64,000 nucleotides of DNA from an uncultured virus (IMG/VR IMGVR_UViG_2724679570_000003) (lineage: Duplodnaviria > Heunggongvirae > Uroviricota > Caudoviricetes), in IMG/VR virus record IMGVR_UViG_2724679570_000003. One strand, written 5' to 3'. A program made the position numbers and the translations under genes. The notes beneath the pieces are model-generated. The model made no database searches. It saw only the letters and a program-made list of their open reading frames with translations, and had not been told where the DNA came from. Position 1 is the first letter of the stretch. Each line of letters opens with the position of its first letter. This document shows positions 10,343 to 21,059 of the stretch, in pieces.

Positions 10343-11278
10343 TTATATTATTTTTATATATTTAAGATTTTTTAATTCTTTATTGCTTAATGTATAAGTA
10401 TTTATATTCTTATCTACTATTATATACTCTGTTATATTTTTTTTATTTATTAATTCGCATAGTTTGTAATAATCACATCTATAATATTTACCTGCTTTTC
10501 CTTCTCCTACTGCATAACGCATTCCATTTTTAATTCCTATAAATGTTTTTTTATTTTTAAAAAGGATTTCATTTTCAGAAGAAAGAGAATATAATTTAAA
10601 TAATTTATTCTGTAATTTTATTTTTCTTAATTCTTTTTGTTTATTACATTCTTCAATTTCCTTTTTCTCTTGAAAAACCTTTTCATAAATTTCTGATAGA
10701 TTTTTAATCTTTTGTATTACTTCTTTTTCTGTTAATTCTATAATAGTTTCATTGAATTTAAAATCAAATTTATCTTTGCTTTCATTATTACTTATTCTAA
10801 TATTATCGCTAGAATAATTGTCTTTACTACAATTAAATTCTATGCAATATTTTTTAAAAGACCCATAAAGAAATTTAACCCCTCCATCAAAACTATACCT
10901 ATTATTATTATTATATTTTTCCATATATGATATTGAAGAATATAAATCTTCTAATTTAGTTTTATTTTCTTCCTCTAATTGTAAATGCTTCTTTTGTATC
11001 TCAATTTGTTTATTATGTAAATCCTTTAAATAATTAAATGTGTATTTGTTTATAAATTCTTTAGCTAATTTATTTCTATTATTACCGTGTATTTGTTCAC
11101 CTTCTGATTCATAAGGAATCATGAGGAGATAATGTAATTTATTAGATTTATCTTTTAGTAATATACTACCTTTATCAGATATTAATTCTCCCTCATCTTC
11201 ATCAAATAAAAAAGATTTTCCATTATATAAATTATCTTCAATCATTGTATTAAATATTTTTTGCTTATTCATTTTCAA
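10343..11278 (-). CDS. hypothetical protein
   Basis: 311-aa ORF with AGGAGG RBS. Confidence 0.7.
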   Translation of the reverse strand: MKMNKQKIFNTMIEDNLYNGKSFLFDEDEGELISDKGSILLKDKSNKLHYLLMIPYESEGEQIHGNNRNKLAKEFINKYTFNYLKDLHNKQIEIQKKHLQLEEENKTKLEDLYSSISYMEKYNNNNRYSFDGGVKFLYGSFKKYCIEFNCSKDNYSSDNIRISNNESKDKFDFKFNETIIELTEKEVIQKIKNLSEIYEKVFQEKKEIEECNKQKELRKIKLQNKLFKLYSLSSENEILFKNKKTFIGIKNGMRYAVGEGKAGKYYRCDYYKLCELINKKNITEYIIVDKNINTYTLSNKELKNLKYIKII

Positions 11279-11284
11279 ACCCTC

Positions 11285-11566
11285 CTATATTAAAACTTTT
11301 TCTGATATTATTGTTACATTCTTAAAAGAATCATCTTTTTTATTTTTCCATAACTCAAATTTAATTTTTCCTATCGTTATCGCATAGTAAGGTGTAGTAA
11401 AATCAAACTGTTTTTCTAATTTTGACTTTTTAAACCCTTGTATATTAAAAGTTTTCCAACTCCATAAACCTTTAAAAATGTGTAATCTTCCAATTGTTAA
11501 AACCGTACCTTGTGGCTTTAAATCCTCGCTTGACCAATCACAAACCCATTTTATTATTTTAATCAT
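11285..11566 (-). CDS. hypothetical protein
   Basis: GGAGG RBS. Confidence 0.65.
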   Translation of the reverse strand: MIKIIKWVCDWSSEDLKPQGTVLTIGRLHIFKGLWSWKTFNIQGFKKSKLEKQFDFTTPYYAITIGKIKFELWKNKKDDSFKNVTIISEKVLI

Positions 11567-11646
11567 AATTCTAAGACCTCCATTATTAATAAATTATTTT
11601 AAATTAAAATCTAAGCTTTATATTAATTTTTTATAGTATTACCTTC

Positions 11647-11844
11647 CTATAAATCATTTCCATATTTATCACATTCAGTATAATTACATTCAATATCATG
11701 TTTGACTAAAGCATCAATATAATCCTTTCTATTTTTATATCCTTGAGTTTTCCAATCAGCACAATATGAGTCATCACTATATATTTTCTTTAACTCTGTA
11801 TCAGTTTCTATTTGCTCTGTTATTTTACATTTTATATATTTCAT
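11647..11844 (-). CDS. hypothetical protein
   Basis: GAGGTG RBS. Confidence 0.6.
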   Translation of the reverse strand: MKYIKCKITEQIETDTELKKIYSDDSYCADWKTQGYKNRKDYIDALVKHDIECNYTECDKYGNDL

Positions 11845-11894
11845 ACTCTCACCTCATAAATTAATTTTACCAAACTTCCAATAAAAAGTACATT

Positions 11895-12305
11895 TTAAAT
11901 TATTATACCTTTATTCTCCAATATATTAATAGCTAATTTTATGGAGTTTCTTAATTCTCCAAATGAACACGCTTTATTTAATGCTAAAATTAACATTTTT
12001 TCAATTTTTGTATTTTTTAAATCTGTATTTATTTTTTCTATTTTATGAGCTTTCGTTTTTAACTCAGTAATTTCCTTTTCTCTTTCTATGTACTTTATAT
12101 TTTCTTCATGAACTACTATATCATTTGTTATATTATCACATTCAATTATACACAAATTATTTAATTCTTTGTCACTTTCATATTCTTCTATGTTAGAAGT
12201 TATACAACAACCATTTCCATAATAACATGTGTAGCCTTCAGTATTACAACATATGTCACAACCTAATTCTATCATTTTATTTAATAAAGTTTTAATATTT
12301 TTCAT
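11895..12305 (-). CDS. Cys-rich hypothetical protein
   Basis: AAGGAGTTG RBS. Confidence 0.65.
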   Translation of the reverse strand: MKNIKTLLNKMIELGCDICCNTEGYTCYYGNGCCITSNIEEYESDKELNNLCIIECDNITNDIVVHEENIKYIEREKEITELKTKAHKIEKINTDLKNTKIEKMLILALNKACSFGELRNSIKLAINILENKGIII

Positions 12306-12321
12306 TTCTCCACAACTCCTT

Positions 12322-12516
12322 TTATATTTCTTTTAAAATTTTATTAAATTGATTTTTAAAATCATCTTGATTTAAGTTTTCTAATCTATCATTAAGTATA
12401 TTATCTAAATTTTCTAAAATATAACAATCGTTCTTTTTTAAATATTCAATAACCATTTCTTTAATTTTACTTTGAATTTTTTTAGGTAATTGACATATAA
12501 AAATATTTGTATTCAT
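12322..12516 (-). CDS. hypothetical protein
   Basis: AAGGAGG RBS. Confidence 0.6.
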   Translation of the reverse strand: MNTNIFICQLPKKIQSKIKEMVIEYLKKNDCYILENLDNILNDRLENLNQDDFKNQFNKILKEI

Positions 12517-13119
12517 TTTGTTGAACCTCCTTTTATAGATATTTATAAGTTACCACATATTTTCTATAAGCTCCCATAACGATTTCTTGAAAATATCTTT
12601 TATTTAATTCCTTACATAATCCATTTTTAAATTTTACATGTACCATTTAAACACAACTCCTTTTTATTTATTTATCAAATTGTTTTAAATTAATTGCTTT
12701 GTGTCTTAATCCTTGTAGTTGTCAACTTGATTTTTGAATTGAGTTTTTATTGATGTGCTTTGTATTTCCTTACCACACTTATAATTATAAAGGATTTTCA
12801 GTGTAATGTCAACATATATTTTTAAATTGTTTTATATTTGTTAAGATTATTTTATGCAAAGAGGTATAAACGTAATAAAGAATACAATCAAATTTATTTG
12901 TTGTATTCTTTTACCTTTTGATTCTTTTGGGTACTCAAAAGAATATATGTATTATTTACTCTATATTATTATTTATGTAAAATAAATATTCCTCAATGTC
13001 TATTTCATCAGAATATTTTCTATCAATTTCATTTAATTTTTCTTTCTTCATATTTAATAATTTTAATTCTAAATTTAATTTTTCCATAAATTTTTTAGTA
13101 TTATTGTTTTCTTTTAATT

Positions 13120-13785
13120 CTAATTAGATAGTCGCTTTAAAAATACTTCTTTACTATTTTTACAATTTAATTCTTGCATTACTTCCTTTTCAATGTTTAT
13201 TATTTCTTCCACTTGTTTGTCGGTAGCAACCTCAAAAGAATAAAAATATTTTTCCATATCACTATTATAAATTCTTTTTATAAAAGTTATTTGTCTATGC
13301 CATTCTAATACTTTTCTACTTTTCAAGTTATTTAATGCTCTTTCAATTATCTTTTTGAATTCATTTCGTGTGTTATCATAAAAGTAACTTATGTCAAAGA
13401 TATTTAGTTCCAATATTTCACTTAACTCTTTTTTATTATTATACCCTACATTATAAGAAGGGTTAACAATACCCAATATTTCCATTAAATTTGATAATGA
13501 TAATAATTTATTCGTATCATTTTTATATAGATATTCTAATATTATATCCCCTATTTCTTCTACGTATGTATTGGAATTTAAACGCTTGTCTTGTATTGGT
13601 AATGGTTTTTTATATACTTCTTCTATAATGAATTTATGACCTTCTTTAGTGTATTTACAATAATAAGATAATTCTTTTAATTGTGCTTTTTTAGCATCAC
13701 CACCCTTAATTTTTACTTCTAATGTTTTGCATAACTCTTTATAATTTTTAATTATCATTCCTTTAGTTAAATTTTTAATATTCAT
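13120..13785 (-). CDS. putative DNA-binding phage protein, possibly truncated
   Basis: 221 aa; a residual open frame follows at ~12957-13095. Confidence 0.55.
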   Translation of the reverse strand: MNIKNLTKGMIIKNYKELCKTLEVKIKGGDAKKAQLKELSYYCKYTKEGHKFIIEEVYKKPLPIQDKRLNSNTYVEEIGDIILEYLYKNDTNKLLSLSNLMEILGIVNPSYNVGYNNKKELSEILELNIFDISYFYDNTRNEFKKIIERALNNLKSRKVLEWHRQITFIKRIYNSDMEKYFYSFEVATDKQVEEIINIEKEVMQELNCKNSKEVFLKRLSN

Positions 13786-13894
13786 ATTATTAATTTATAC
13801 CTCCTAAATTTTTCATATAAAAAATTTGACTATATGCTACCAAAAAAAGAAAAATATATATTCTTCCACCATATAGTCAAATTTTAAAATTGTT

Positions 13895-14077
13895 TTATAT
13901 TATAAAATTCCTTTCTTTCTCTATCGTTTCGTTTTTACTGTTTTTAGATATGTAAACTATTTTACCTTTTAAATTACCTTCTAAAAGTTCTAAGTCATAG
14001 CCATTTGTATTCTCTTCTATTATTTTAACTAATCCTTTATACCCTAACATATTTACATTTGCTAACATTTTATACAT
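13895..14077 (-). CDS. hypothetical protein
   Basis: AAGGGG RBS. Confidence 0.55.
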   Translation of the reverse strand: MYKMLANVNMLGYKGLVKIIEENTNGYDLELLEGNLKGKIVYISKNSKNETIEKERNFII

Positions 14078-14095
14078 AACCCCTTTTAAATTGTT

Positions 14096-14344
14096 TTAAT
14101 TTAAATCTATTAATTTAATTATTTCTTTAGTTTGCTTATCTTGAAAATATATAAACTTCTTATTTAAATATGTATCATTCATATCTATATGACTACCATT
14201 ATCACAAACGTAAAACCATCCGTTTTCTATGCAATTATCTTCAGCTTGAGCAACCGTTGTAGTTACTCCAACAGTTCCTTGATTTGCTAAAGTGCCTATT
14301 ATAATTATTCCTGTTATTATTATACGTTTTATCCATTTTAACAT
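14096..14344 (-). CDS. small membrane-anchored protein, paralog of 9410-9682
   Basis: N-terminal TM; AEDNCIENGWFYVC. Confidence 0.7.
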   Translation of the reverse strand: MLKWIKRIIITGIIIIGTLANQGTVGVTTTVAQAEDNCIENGWFYVCDNGSHIDMNDTYLNKKFIYFQDKQTKEIIKLIDLN

Positions 14345-14746
14345 TTTATAAAACCCCTATATAATTGTTCAAACAATCTTTCTATTTCTTCTACAGTTAA
14401 ATATTGTCCTGTCATTTTATATTTTGCTTCTTGTTCCTTTTTTATATTTTCATAGATTTTTTTACTTATATCCATTTGCGTGTATCCTCCTTGACATTTG
14501 TTAAATTGTTTTATATATTACGAATTAATTATTTGCTTTAAGTATAACCTAGTAGTTGTTAAATTGAAGTGTGATTTGTTATTTTGAAATGATTACCTTC
14601 TGTGTTTCTTAACCGTTAATTACATTATACACCTATTATATATCATTGTCAATGGTTTTATCAAATTGTTTTGAATTAAATAAAAAAAATATAGTAGTAT
14701 AAAACTACTATAAAAATATATATTAAATTATAAAGTTGTAACTACT

Positions 14747-14830
14747 CTATATTATTTTATCTATAGTAAATAATACAATATTAATAATAGTTAATATTAT
14801 ATTGATATAAAGTATCTTTTTATCTTTCAT
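14747..14830 (-). CDS. 27-aa hydrophobic peptide (type I toxin-like)
   Basis: MKDKKILYINIILTIINIVLFTIDKII with AAAGGAGG RBS. Confidence 0.5.
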   Translation of the reverse strand: MKDKKILYINIILTIINIVLFTIDKII

Positions 14831-14925
14831 ATAATACCCTCCTTTACTTTTATAAAGTTGTATGATATTATTGAGGTTAATAAAAGAAGTCTAGGTAAAA
14901 GGTTTGGGGAACTAGTCCCCTTACC

Positions 14926-15093
14926 TTAATGGAATAAAGAAGTAAATTTATCTAGTAAGATTATAGATTTATCTAAAATAACTATAATCTTGTCTAAATA
15001 ATGGTCTATAGTAATAACGCCATTTATAACTAATAACCATTTATTTACTTTGTCAACTTTATTCTTTTTACTAGGCTTCTTTTTTTTGCTCAT
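14926..15093 (-). CDS. 55-aa basic/hydrophobic peptide
   Basis: MSKKKKPSKK...FTSLFH; AAAGGAGG RBS; promoter TTGAGA-17-TATAAT upstream. Confidence 0.55.
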   Translation of the reverse strand: MSKKKKPSKKNKVDKVNKWLLVINGVITIDHYLDKIIVILDKSIILLDKFTSLFH

Positions 15094-16999
15094 TTTTCAA
15101 GCCCTCCTTTCTTTAACCTTCTATTACATTATACCAAATTATTTGATATTTCTCAAGTTTTTTCTACCATTTTATATAATTATTTCTAATATATTTTATG
15201 CTTTATACCCCTGTAGGTATATGAATATATCAATGTATTTTTATACGTAATTAATGTATATTAAATTATAATTATACATTTGCAAGTATGATATTGACTA
15301 TATTCATTGTGCTTGATAGTATTTATAATGTATATCTTATACAATTAGTTTATAGCCTGTTTAAAGTATACTTATGTGTACTAATATAATCATACCTATA
15401 TTTTATTTATGCACAACGTGGAGCGTTTGAGATACCCTTGATTAAATTGTTTTATATTGATAAATGATAATGGTTGTTAGTTAGTGTATAGGTATATAGT
15501 ATTGTGTATTTAGTAATGTATAATAGTATTTGATATTCTTCTTTATGTAAAACAATTTGGTACTTGATAGTAATTGTTTATTAGATATGTGTATTAATTG
15601 ATATATATCTTTAGTTAGTATATATGTCTAAGTGATATGGTGTTGCTAGTAGTTTGATGTATTAGTTAGTATGTTGTGGTATGTAAGTGTATATGGTAGA
15701 TAGTTGTTAGTAGTACATAGACATGAGTATCAGTAGTTAATAAAGATAGTGTTGATATGATTTAATAATAGTTATTAATATATAATTAATGTAAAGTTAT
15801 AAAGGTTGTTAGTAAAGTATTTGGTTGTAGTGGGTATGGTATGGGGTGTATAGGTGGGGTGTGTTGAAATGGATTTTTATTTATGATTTTTTATTTTATA
15901 AAAATGTTTTAAATTCTTGTTTATTTTTTAGTTTTTTTATTGGATTCGTATTTATTTAGTGGTAGAGTGGTTGTGTTGGATTTATATTTTGTTTTGTAAG
16001 TCTTCCTATGAAAAAACTATGTTATGCAAAACCCGACATGGACAACTATATAATAAAACATGGATGCTATTTCATGTAATATCAATATCACAATACCTGG
16101 TTTTAGAAAACAAATCAAACAGTATTTAATACTACATATAACTTCCATACTCTACTTTTATAGTATGCAATTTTTTCAGTTCAACTTGCAAGTTATTTTT
16201 TATCATTTCTATGTACTTAAAATCAATTCTAAAGACTTTTAACAGATTTTATTTTCAAAGGTGTAATCATATCTAAAACTATTTCAAATCAACCTTAGTG
16301 GCTCTCATGAAGTTATTTTTGAATCATTATATTTATTTTAGATGTATAATTTTAAAAATATTGGTTTTGAGAATTATTTGGTAATAACTGGTTTAAAAAT
16401 TTAGCTTAATGTATATTAAGCTAAGTTATTATGTCAACCATAGGTGGGGGGGTACTTTTACATTTTTATTACTAGTTGATAATCATTATCACTAGCGAAC
16501 TCTTCCACTCACACCACACAGTTGAAATTTTCAAATCTACAATTTAATTCCCTACTCTATCAAATCTCGACAAAATCCTATAATATCAAGGCTTGTCCAC
16601 ATTTCTACAAAAATAAAAAACACAAAAAACAAAATCGAACAAACCCTTTAATATCAACGTTTATGGCACTTCAAAACCCTTTTTCGATAAGGCGAATTTT
16701 TACCATAAAAATGCAAATTATGTTAATATTAATACATTTGTTCGATTTCCTATATTTTCTATATTAAATTTTCCTGAAATTCACTCTAAATCACTCAATC
16801 ATATTGAGAATACTAGCTTTCATCGAAAACCTAGTAAAATTAAATTAATTTTCTAAATTTATATTTAGTTATATGTGTTACAAAATAAACCATACAAAAT
16901 ATTTAAAGGAGTTTTACATGAAAAAGTTAAGTGTGTTATTTCTATGATAACCATTTAAATTAATAATATACAAATATTTTTATTATCTACATTTTAAAT

Positions 17000-17272
17000 T
17001 TATTCTCCAGTAACTAAATTCTTAGCAAAAATCCATAAAGCTTTCATATAGTTTACAGGATTACCATAATATTTTACTCCTTCCCAAAAGTTATCTACGA
17101 CTTTAAAACTATTTAAAAAAATAAGTATTATACAACAGCCACAGCAAACAACTGTAAAAGCTTTAATTAAATCTGCTTTATTATTGCTTCCAAAAGCTCT
17201 TATAGTCTTCTCTACAACTGTACCTACAACATAAACTTTACCCATTTCTAAAAGTAACTGAAAATTATTCAT
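17000..17272 (-). CDS. small membrane protein (SpoIIIAC/AD-like)
   Basis: Two hydrophobic segments around EK...AFG...A.LI. Confidence 0.55.
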   Translation of the reverse strand: MNNFQLLLEMGKVYVVGTVVEKTIRAFGSNNKADLIKAFTVVCCGCCIILIFLNSFKVVDNFWEGVKYYGNPVNYMKALWIFAKNLVTGE

Positions 17273-17281
17273 AATATCACC

Positions 17282-17476
17282 CTATTTCATGCAGTTGCTT
17301 ACTGTATCTAAAAGTTTAAATGCGGTAGTGGCAACTGTAACTCCCATTAGTGATATAGTTACAACACTTATACTTTGTGCAATATCTTGCTTTCCTAATG
17401 CGGAACATAATTTCTCTATAAGACAACTTCCAACTGCCATTCCACCCATCGTAATTATTATTTTTGTATTACCCAT
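17282..17476 (-). CDS. SpoIIIAC/SpoIIIAD-like membrane protein
   Basis: 64 aa, two TM helices flanking EKL...LGKQDIAQ. Confidence 0.55.
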   Translation of the reverse strand: MGNTKIIITMGGMAVGSCLIEKLCSALGKQDIAQSISVVTISLMGVTVATTAFKLLDTVSNCMK

Positions 17477-17573
17477 AACAATTCCTCCTTATGAGTATAT
17501 GTATTCCCTTTTCTATTAAAACATCATAAAACTAATATAATATCTTAATACAAGAGGGAATACATATACCCTC

Positions 17574-17861
17574 TTATTTTTTCTTCTTATAACCTTTAAA
17601 ATTTATAATATTATCACCATTAGCAACCTTCTTATGTTTAATATTTTCTTGTTTATTTTGTTTACTATAAATTTTATCTTTTAATTTTTTATTTATATCC
17701 TTTGTTTTCTTTAAAAGCAATCTAAGTATGTTACAATTTAAAATTAACATTTGTTTAGTAATCTTTCCTAGTAAATAGATCAATCTTCCTGCTTTTGTAC
17801 CTTTTAGGATTATAAAAAAAATTTGTAATCCTAAAATACTTATCAAAATATCTATCATCAC
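17574..17861 (-). CDS. membrane-anchored basic protein
   Basis: N-terminal TM, Lys-rich tail. Confidence 0.65.
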   Translation of the reverse strand: MMIDILISILGLQIFFIILKGTKAGRLIYLLGKITKQMLILNCNILRLLLKKTKDINKKLKDKIYSKQNKQENIKHKKVANGDNIINFKGYKKKK

Positions 17862-18429
17862 TTTCTCTCCTTTGTATAATAAAAAAATCTTTTGTATGGT
17901 TTCAATAAACTTTTGTGTAATTACTTAGACTCAAAATAATTAATATATACAAACACAAATCAATTATATATAAGCTATTTAATTTTCAAAGTTAATACAA
18001 TTTTAACTATCAATATCTATATTTGTCTTATTATATAAATGAGCAAAATCTCATTAGGACTTCCAACTCTTTTTATATTAAATAAGCAATATAAATACCA
18101 ACAATCAAAACCATATAAAATTGAAAATGAACACTTATATAATAATTTGTATTATATAAAAATTACATTAAGAAAAGTATTTAGCTTCTGTTTATGTACA
18201 ATATTAAAATATGGCTTAATACATTATATGAAAATTATTCCAAAAGTGTGATGGTTATTTTGCGAGGGCGGGGTGCTTTTACATTGCTCCACACCCTCTT
18301 ATATAGCTCCACTACGCTACGCTATATATTTGAAATTAAGAATGGCTTGTCTAATTGATTATAGGTGTATCAAGTGTGATTACTGTAGTCATATGGTATG
18401 GTATATGTTATGGCATATGTTGGTGTTAC

Positions 18430-19041
18430 TTACTTATCAAAGATTTTTATAAAGTTATTTAGCTTATGATTTAAATGAATGAATTTTATATTACTATCTA
18501 TATCTTTAAAATGCTCTCCACTATCTATTAAAATTACTTGTGGAAATTCTTTAAATAATCCTTGTAATTCATTTGATTTATATAAATCTTCATATTTTTT
18601 TATTGTATTATGACTAAAGTTAGTTGATGCAACTTCAACAATTTGAAAATAATGTTTTCCATTAAAATCAAAAACAAAAAACCCATCACTCTTTATTTTT
18701 CCATTTAACCAACTTTGTTCTTTTTTAAAATAATCTATATCTACATCGTGATAAAATAGCTCTGCATAATAATCTAAAAGTAAGATTTTATGCAAAGAAG
18801 GTTTTAAATTTTTATATTCTTTAGAATTAAATATATAAGCATTAGTATTATTTAAAAAAGATAATTTGGTAATTCTAATATAACCACATTCTTCTAGTCT
18901 CTTTAATCTTCTTCTTGCTATTGCTTGACCCTGACTTTTATCTTTATAGAATATCTTAGATATTTGTTTAGCTGTGCATACACCCACACCTTCAATATAT
19001 TTAGCTATTTCTTTGTCATTATCAGTTAACATCTGAATCAC
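18430..19041 (-). CDS. replication-relaxation (Replic_Relax) family protein
   Basis: N-terminal wHTH (LTDND...ARRRLKRL...GYI), conserved His, SDG...VEV PD-(D/E)XK-like motif; overlaps the ftsK stop. Confidence 0.75.
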   Translation of the reverse strand: MIQMLTDNDKEIAKYIEGVGVCTAKQISKIFYKDKSQGQAIARRRLKRLEECGYIRITKLSFLNNTNAYIFNSKEYKNLKPSLHKILLLDYYAELFYHDVDIDYFKKEQSWLNGKIKSDGFFVFDFNGKHYFQIVEVASTNFSHNTIKKYEDLYKSNELQGLFKEFPQVILIDSGEHFKDIDSNIKFIHLNHKLNNFIKIFDK

Positions 19042-20852
19042 TCCCTTGGTTTTGGTGGATTATAAGGTACATAACCTTCAATTTTAGATAAATTTTCTTT
19101 TAATAGCTCTTCTTTGGTTTTGGGATGTACTTTAGAGAAATCATTTTTAATATAAGGAGATTTAGTAGAATTGCTTTGTTTTTTAATATTGACTTTAGTA
19201 TTGTTTTCAGATGGTTTATCAATAGTTTTTAATGATTTTATTTTTTGATTTTGTTCTTGTAATTGTTTTATTCCAGCATTTATAACATCTTTTTTATTTG
19301 CACTATTTTTATCTTGGTCATTAAACTTTGTATTAGAATCATTTTTATCATTAGAATTGCTATCAGATTTTTTATTTGTTTCAGAGGGTTTTACTATACT
19401 TTTCTTAACATATTTATATATATTATCTGTTAAATCTAATGTGTATAGATAACCCTCATAAGTCTTAGAAATAACATATGCTTTTCTAGGAGGCAAACCT
19501 ACTGCTTCATATCTACCATCACCTAATACTATTGCTGAACATACAGAATCATTAAAGCCATAACACACTCTAACATTTGACATATTTTTACAAAAAGTTG
19601 GCATTAATTTTGCCTCAGGCTTTTGATGAGATATTACATAACTTATTCCATAAGCTCCACCGTATTCAGCAATTTTTTCTAGCAAATCCATAACTTCAAA
19701 TTGACAACTCTTTTTATCTTTATTTGCTTTGGAAACAACAGCCATTATTTCATCAACAATTATATAGATATAAGGTAATTTTTTATTTGGAAATTTTTTA
19801 TTATAATCTTTAAGATTTGGGTCTTTAAAACTATCTACCAAAGTTGTTAAAAATAAATTTCTTCTTTTTTTCATTTCATCGTAAATATTTTTAATAATTT
19901 CCATTATAGTATTTTCATCATCACAAAATGCAAATTTTTTTACTTGCTTACAATTTCTATATTTAGCCATATCACCTTTAGCACCTTGTAATAAATATAG
20001 ATTGATTTCATTCTCTGTACAATTGTAAATTAAATTCGTTATAGTATGGTCTAAAGTACCATTCTTACCACTTCTAGTTGATCCAGCAACTAATATATGG
20101 GGTTCTGAGTTGACATCAATTAAAATAGGTTCACTACTCTCATCTACACCAATAAACAGCTTATATGGTTCAGCAATTATTGGCTTAAAATTAATTTTAT
20201 TACAGTCTTCAGTATATATAAATTTTGCATCTATATAATTTTTATTTACATAAGAATTTAATACAACGGTACATTGTAGATTGTTTTGAAGGGTTTCTCT
20301 TACACTTGTTAAATGTTTATAATTATATCCCCAAGGAATATATAGTTTTGCTTCAGCACCAAACTTAGTAAATGTTAAATCATTTGGTGAAAAAGTTTGA
20401 TGCATTTTATTAAATAATCCTGTATATGTCATTGTTTTTTCCCAATTGTTTAGAAATTCAGTTCTCTTTTGTGCTGCTTTTATATCTTCTTTTATTTTTT
20501 TATTATATTCTTGGATTTTATTTTTAGATGTGCCTTGATTTTTAATCTTATTTTCTTTAGTTTCCTTATGATTAGTGCTATGTTTAATAGCTTTATCAGA
20601 TTTGTTATCTTCCTTTTTATAAGACAATTTCCAAAATAGATTATCTTGTGGGTTTGATTGTTCGTTCTTTTCAGAAGTTTTATTAGTATTAAAAATCTTT
20701 TCAAACGCTTTTTTATAAGTATCTTTTAATACTAATTTGCTACTTTTATTTTCACTTTTAGTTTCTTTACTTTCATCAAATTCTTTAACTAGCTCCCCTT
20801 TTGAATTGAAAATTTTATACTTTAAAATAACTTCATGTGTGCTTTCTGTCAT
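19038..20852 (-). CDS. FtsK/SpoIIIE family DNA translocase ATPase
   Basis: PHILVAGSTRSGK Walker A, IIVDE Walker B, HQKP motif. Confidence 0.85.
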   Translation of the reverse strand: MTESTHEVILKYKIFNSKGELVKEFDESKETKSENKSSKLVLKDTYKKAFEKIFNTNKTSEKNEQSNPQDNLFWKLSYKKEDNKSDKAIKHSTNHKETKENKIKNQGTSKNKIQEYNKKIKEDIKAAQKRTEFLNNWEKTMTYTGLFNKMHQTFSPNDLTFTKFGAEAKLYIPWGYNYKHLTSVRETLQNNLQCTVVLNSYVNKNYIDAKFIYTEDCNKINFKPIIAEPYKLFIGVDESSEPILIDVNSEPHILVAGSTRSGKNGTLDHTITNLIYNCTENEINLYLLQGAKGDMAKYRNCKQVKKFAFCDDENTIMEIIKNIYDEMKKRRNLFLTTLVDSFKDPNLKDYNKKFPNKKLPYIYIIVDEIMAVVSKANKDKKSCQFEVMDLLEKIAEYGGAYGISYVISHQKPEAKLMPTFCKNMSNVRVCYGFNDSVCSAIVLGDGRYEAVGLPPRKAYVISKTYEGYLYTLDLTDNIYKYVKKSIVKPSETNKKSDSNSNDKNDSNTKFNDQDKNSANKKDVINAGIKQLQEQNQKIKSLKTIDKPSENNTKVNIKKQSNSTKSPYIKNDFSKVHPKTKEELLKENLSKIEGYVPYNPPKPRE

Positions 20853-20861
20853 ATCATCACC

Positions 20862-21059
20862 CTATTTATTTATTTTAATATTACAGCTATCATTAAATCC
20901 TTTTTCAAACTTTTTAATCTTCTTCAGACTTCTTGTAACTGTCATATAATGTACTTTATGCTTACTTTTATCTCTTGATAATATCTTATAACTTACATAC
21001 GATACAAACCAAATCCCCCAACCAATAAATACGATTTTTGTTATATCTATATTTTTCAT
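20862..21059 (-). CDS. small membrane protein
   Basis: N-terminal TM; first gene of the ftsK operon. Confidence 0.6.
   Translation of the reverse strand: MKNIDITKIVFIGWGIWFVSYVSYKILSRDKSKHKVHYMTVTRSLKKIKKFEKGFNDSCNIKINK

Noticed and set aside
15050..18251. Plus-strand ORFs at 15050, 16060, 16522 and 18039
   Set aside because: No RBS and low-complexity composition; probably chance ORFs in non-coding DNA.
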